A DNA stretch of 64,000 nucleotides, from assembly GCA_044226775.1 (NCBI GenBank), contig JBGAGI010000007.1:275879-339878 (forward strand), read 5' to 3'. Of this stretch, positions 63,348 to 64,000 are shown one piece after another. The notes beneath the pieces were generated by a model that saw only the letters and a list, made by a program, of their open reading frames with translations, ran no database searches and was not told the DNA's origin. A program made the position numbers and the translations under genes. The stretch's first letter is position 1; every line of letters begins with the position of its first letter. The DNA comes from Rubrivivax sp. (GTDB lineage Bacteria; Pseudomonadota; Gammaproteobacteria; Burkholderiales; Burkholderiaceae_C).

Positions 63348-64000
63348 TCAGTTGGGCATGGCCACGCCGAGGCCGTCTGCGGCCGCGGCCAGCGCCTGCC
63401 AGGTGGCCTCGTCGTAGCGGATACCCTCCGCCCTGGCCTGCGCGATGCCCGCGGCGGCCTGGTCGCCGGGCATGCGCACCGGGCGCGCGGGATCGACCGG
63501 CCGGTTCGCGCGGCAGCGTTCGGCCAGGAAGCCGGTCTGCTCGGCGAAGGTCTCGGCGCCGGCGAAGAGTTCGGGGTCGATCACCTGCAGGAACACGTTG
63601 CCGCCCCAGTGCTTCGGCGCGTCCCGGCGGCCGTGGCCGGCCAGGCCCTGCGACAGCGCCTCGATCATCAGCGCCAGGCCGAAGCCCTTGTGGCCATGGT
63701 CCTGCCCGCCGACGAGCTGCAGCGAGCCGCGCGGCTGCGTGTGCTCCAGCACGCGCGGGTCGCGCGTCGGGCGGCCCTCCGAATCGAGCAGCCAGGGGTG
63801 CTCGAAGTCCTCGCCAGCGGCCACCTTCTGGCGCGTCATCGACGTGGTCGTGATCGACGCGCAGCTGTCCACCAGCACCGGATGCTCCGGCGCCGGCCAG
63901 CCCACGGCGAAGGGGTTGGGCGTGAACAGCGCCTCGGTGCCGCCGAAGGGCGCGACACGCTGGCCGGCGGGGTCGGAATTGGCGATCAGCGCGAGGAAGC
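63348..64000 (-). CDS. Ldh2 (type 2 malate/L-lactate dehydrogenase) family oxidoreductase, 5'-partial
   Basis: APFGG.E....NPFA.G.P, HKGFGLALMIEAL, V.MPG; frame runs off the right edge. Confidence 0.85.
   Translation of the reverse strand, partial: FLALIANSDPAGQRVAPFGGTEALFTPNPFAVGWPAPEHPVLVDSCASITTTSMTRQKVAAGEDFEHPWLLDSEGRPTRDPRVLEHTQPRGSLQLVGGQDHGHKGFGLALMIEALSQGLAGHGRRDAPKHWGGNVFLQVIDPELFAGAETFAEQTGFLAERCRANRPVDPARPVRMPGDQAAAGIAQARAEGIRYDEATWQALAAAADGLGVAMPN

Overview
High-GC (about 70%) betaproteobacterial chromosome segment; gene content and order suggest a Rubrivivax/Ideonella/Piscinibacter-like Burkholderiales host (inference). Left to right: (1) 1-5 kb: the upstream end of a minus-strand polyketide-type cluster (SRPBCC protein, P450, then the beta-branching enzymes HMGS/ECH1/ECH2), with no PKS, ACP or KS0 inside the window. 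(2) 5.4-12.6 kb: a patchwork of a CPA2 antiporter-SDR-DUF2867 operon, MarR plus a MobA-like flavin hydroxylase, a frameshifted IclR joined to a 5'-truncated gene, and a PEP-CTERM gene. (3) 12.8-16.4 kb: a self-contained ECF sigma module (cupin-sigma-cupin operon, SRPBCC gene, di-heme c553/P460-family fusion). All three units are preceded by the same GCATCC-N16-CGTA motif. (4) 16.4-22.7 kb: core genes guaB-MFS-guaA, DUF4124, ratAB and smpB, whose 3' end is duplicated as a 48-bp palindromic repeat. (5) 22.9-46.2 kb: the most unusual part, a seven-gene co-directional cell-envelope locus. It encodes a secreted caspase-TPR-CsgG-like-FlgT_C-like protein, a stand-alone CsgG-like/TPR protein, TpsB, a 4854-aa GLUG/YDG/MBG TpsA adhesin, a Slam/DUF560-like outer-membrane protein, and two coupled genes that appear to share one CsgG-like/TPR module split between two separately exported polypeptides. 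(6) 46.2-64 kb: metC-like, rimO, phaR, cysQ, an RND pair, a Liv-type ABC transporter, a TctC + L-talarate/galactarate dehydratase pair, an RraA-like gene and a partial Ldh2 gene, with three copies of a REP-like intergenic repeat. I found no rRNA, tRNA, CRISPR-cas, integrase or transposase. Family assignments come from motif recognition by eye, not database searches.
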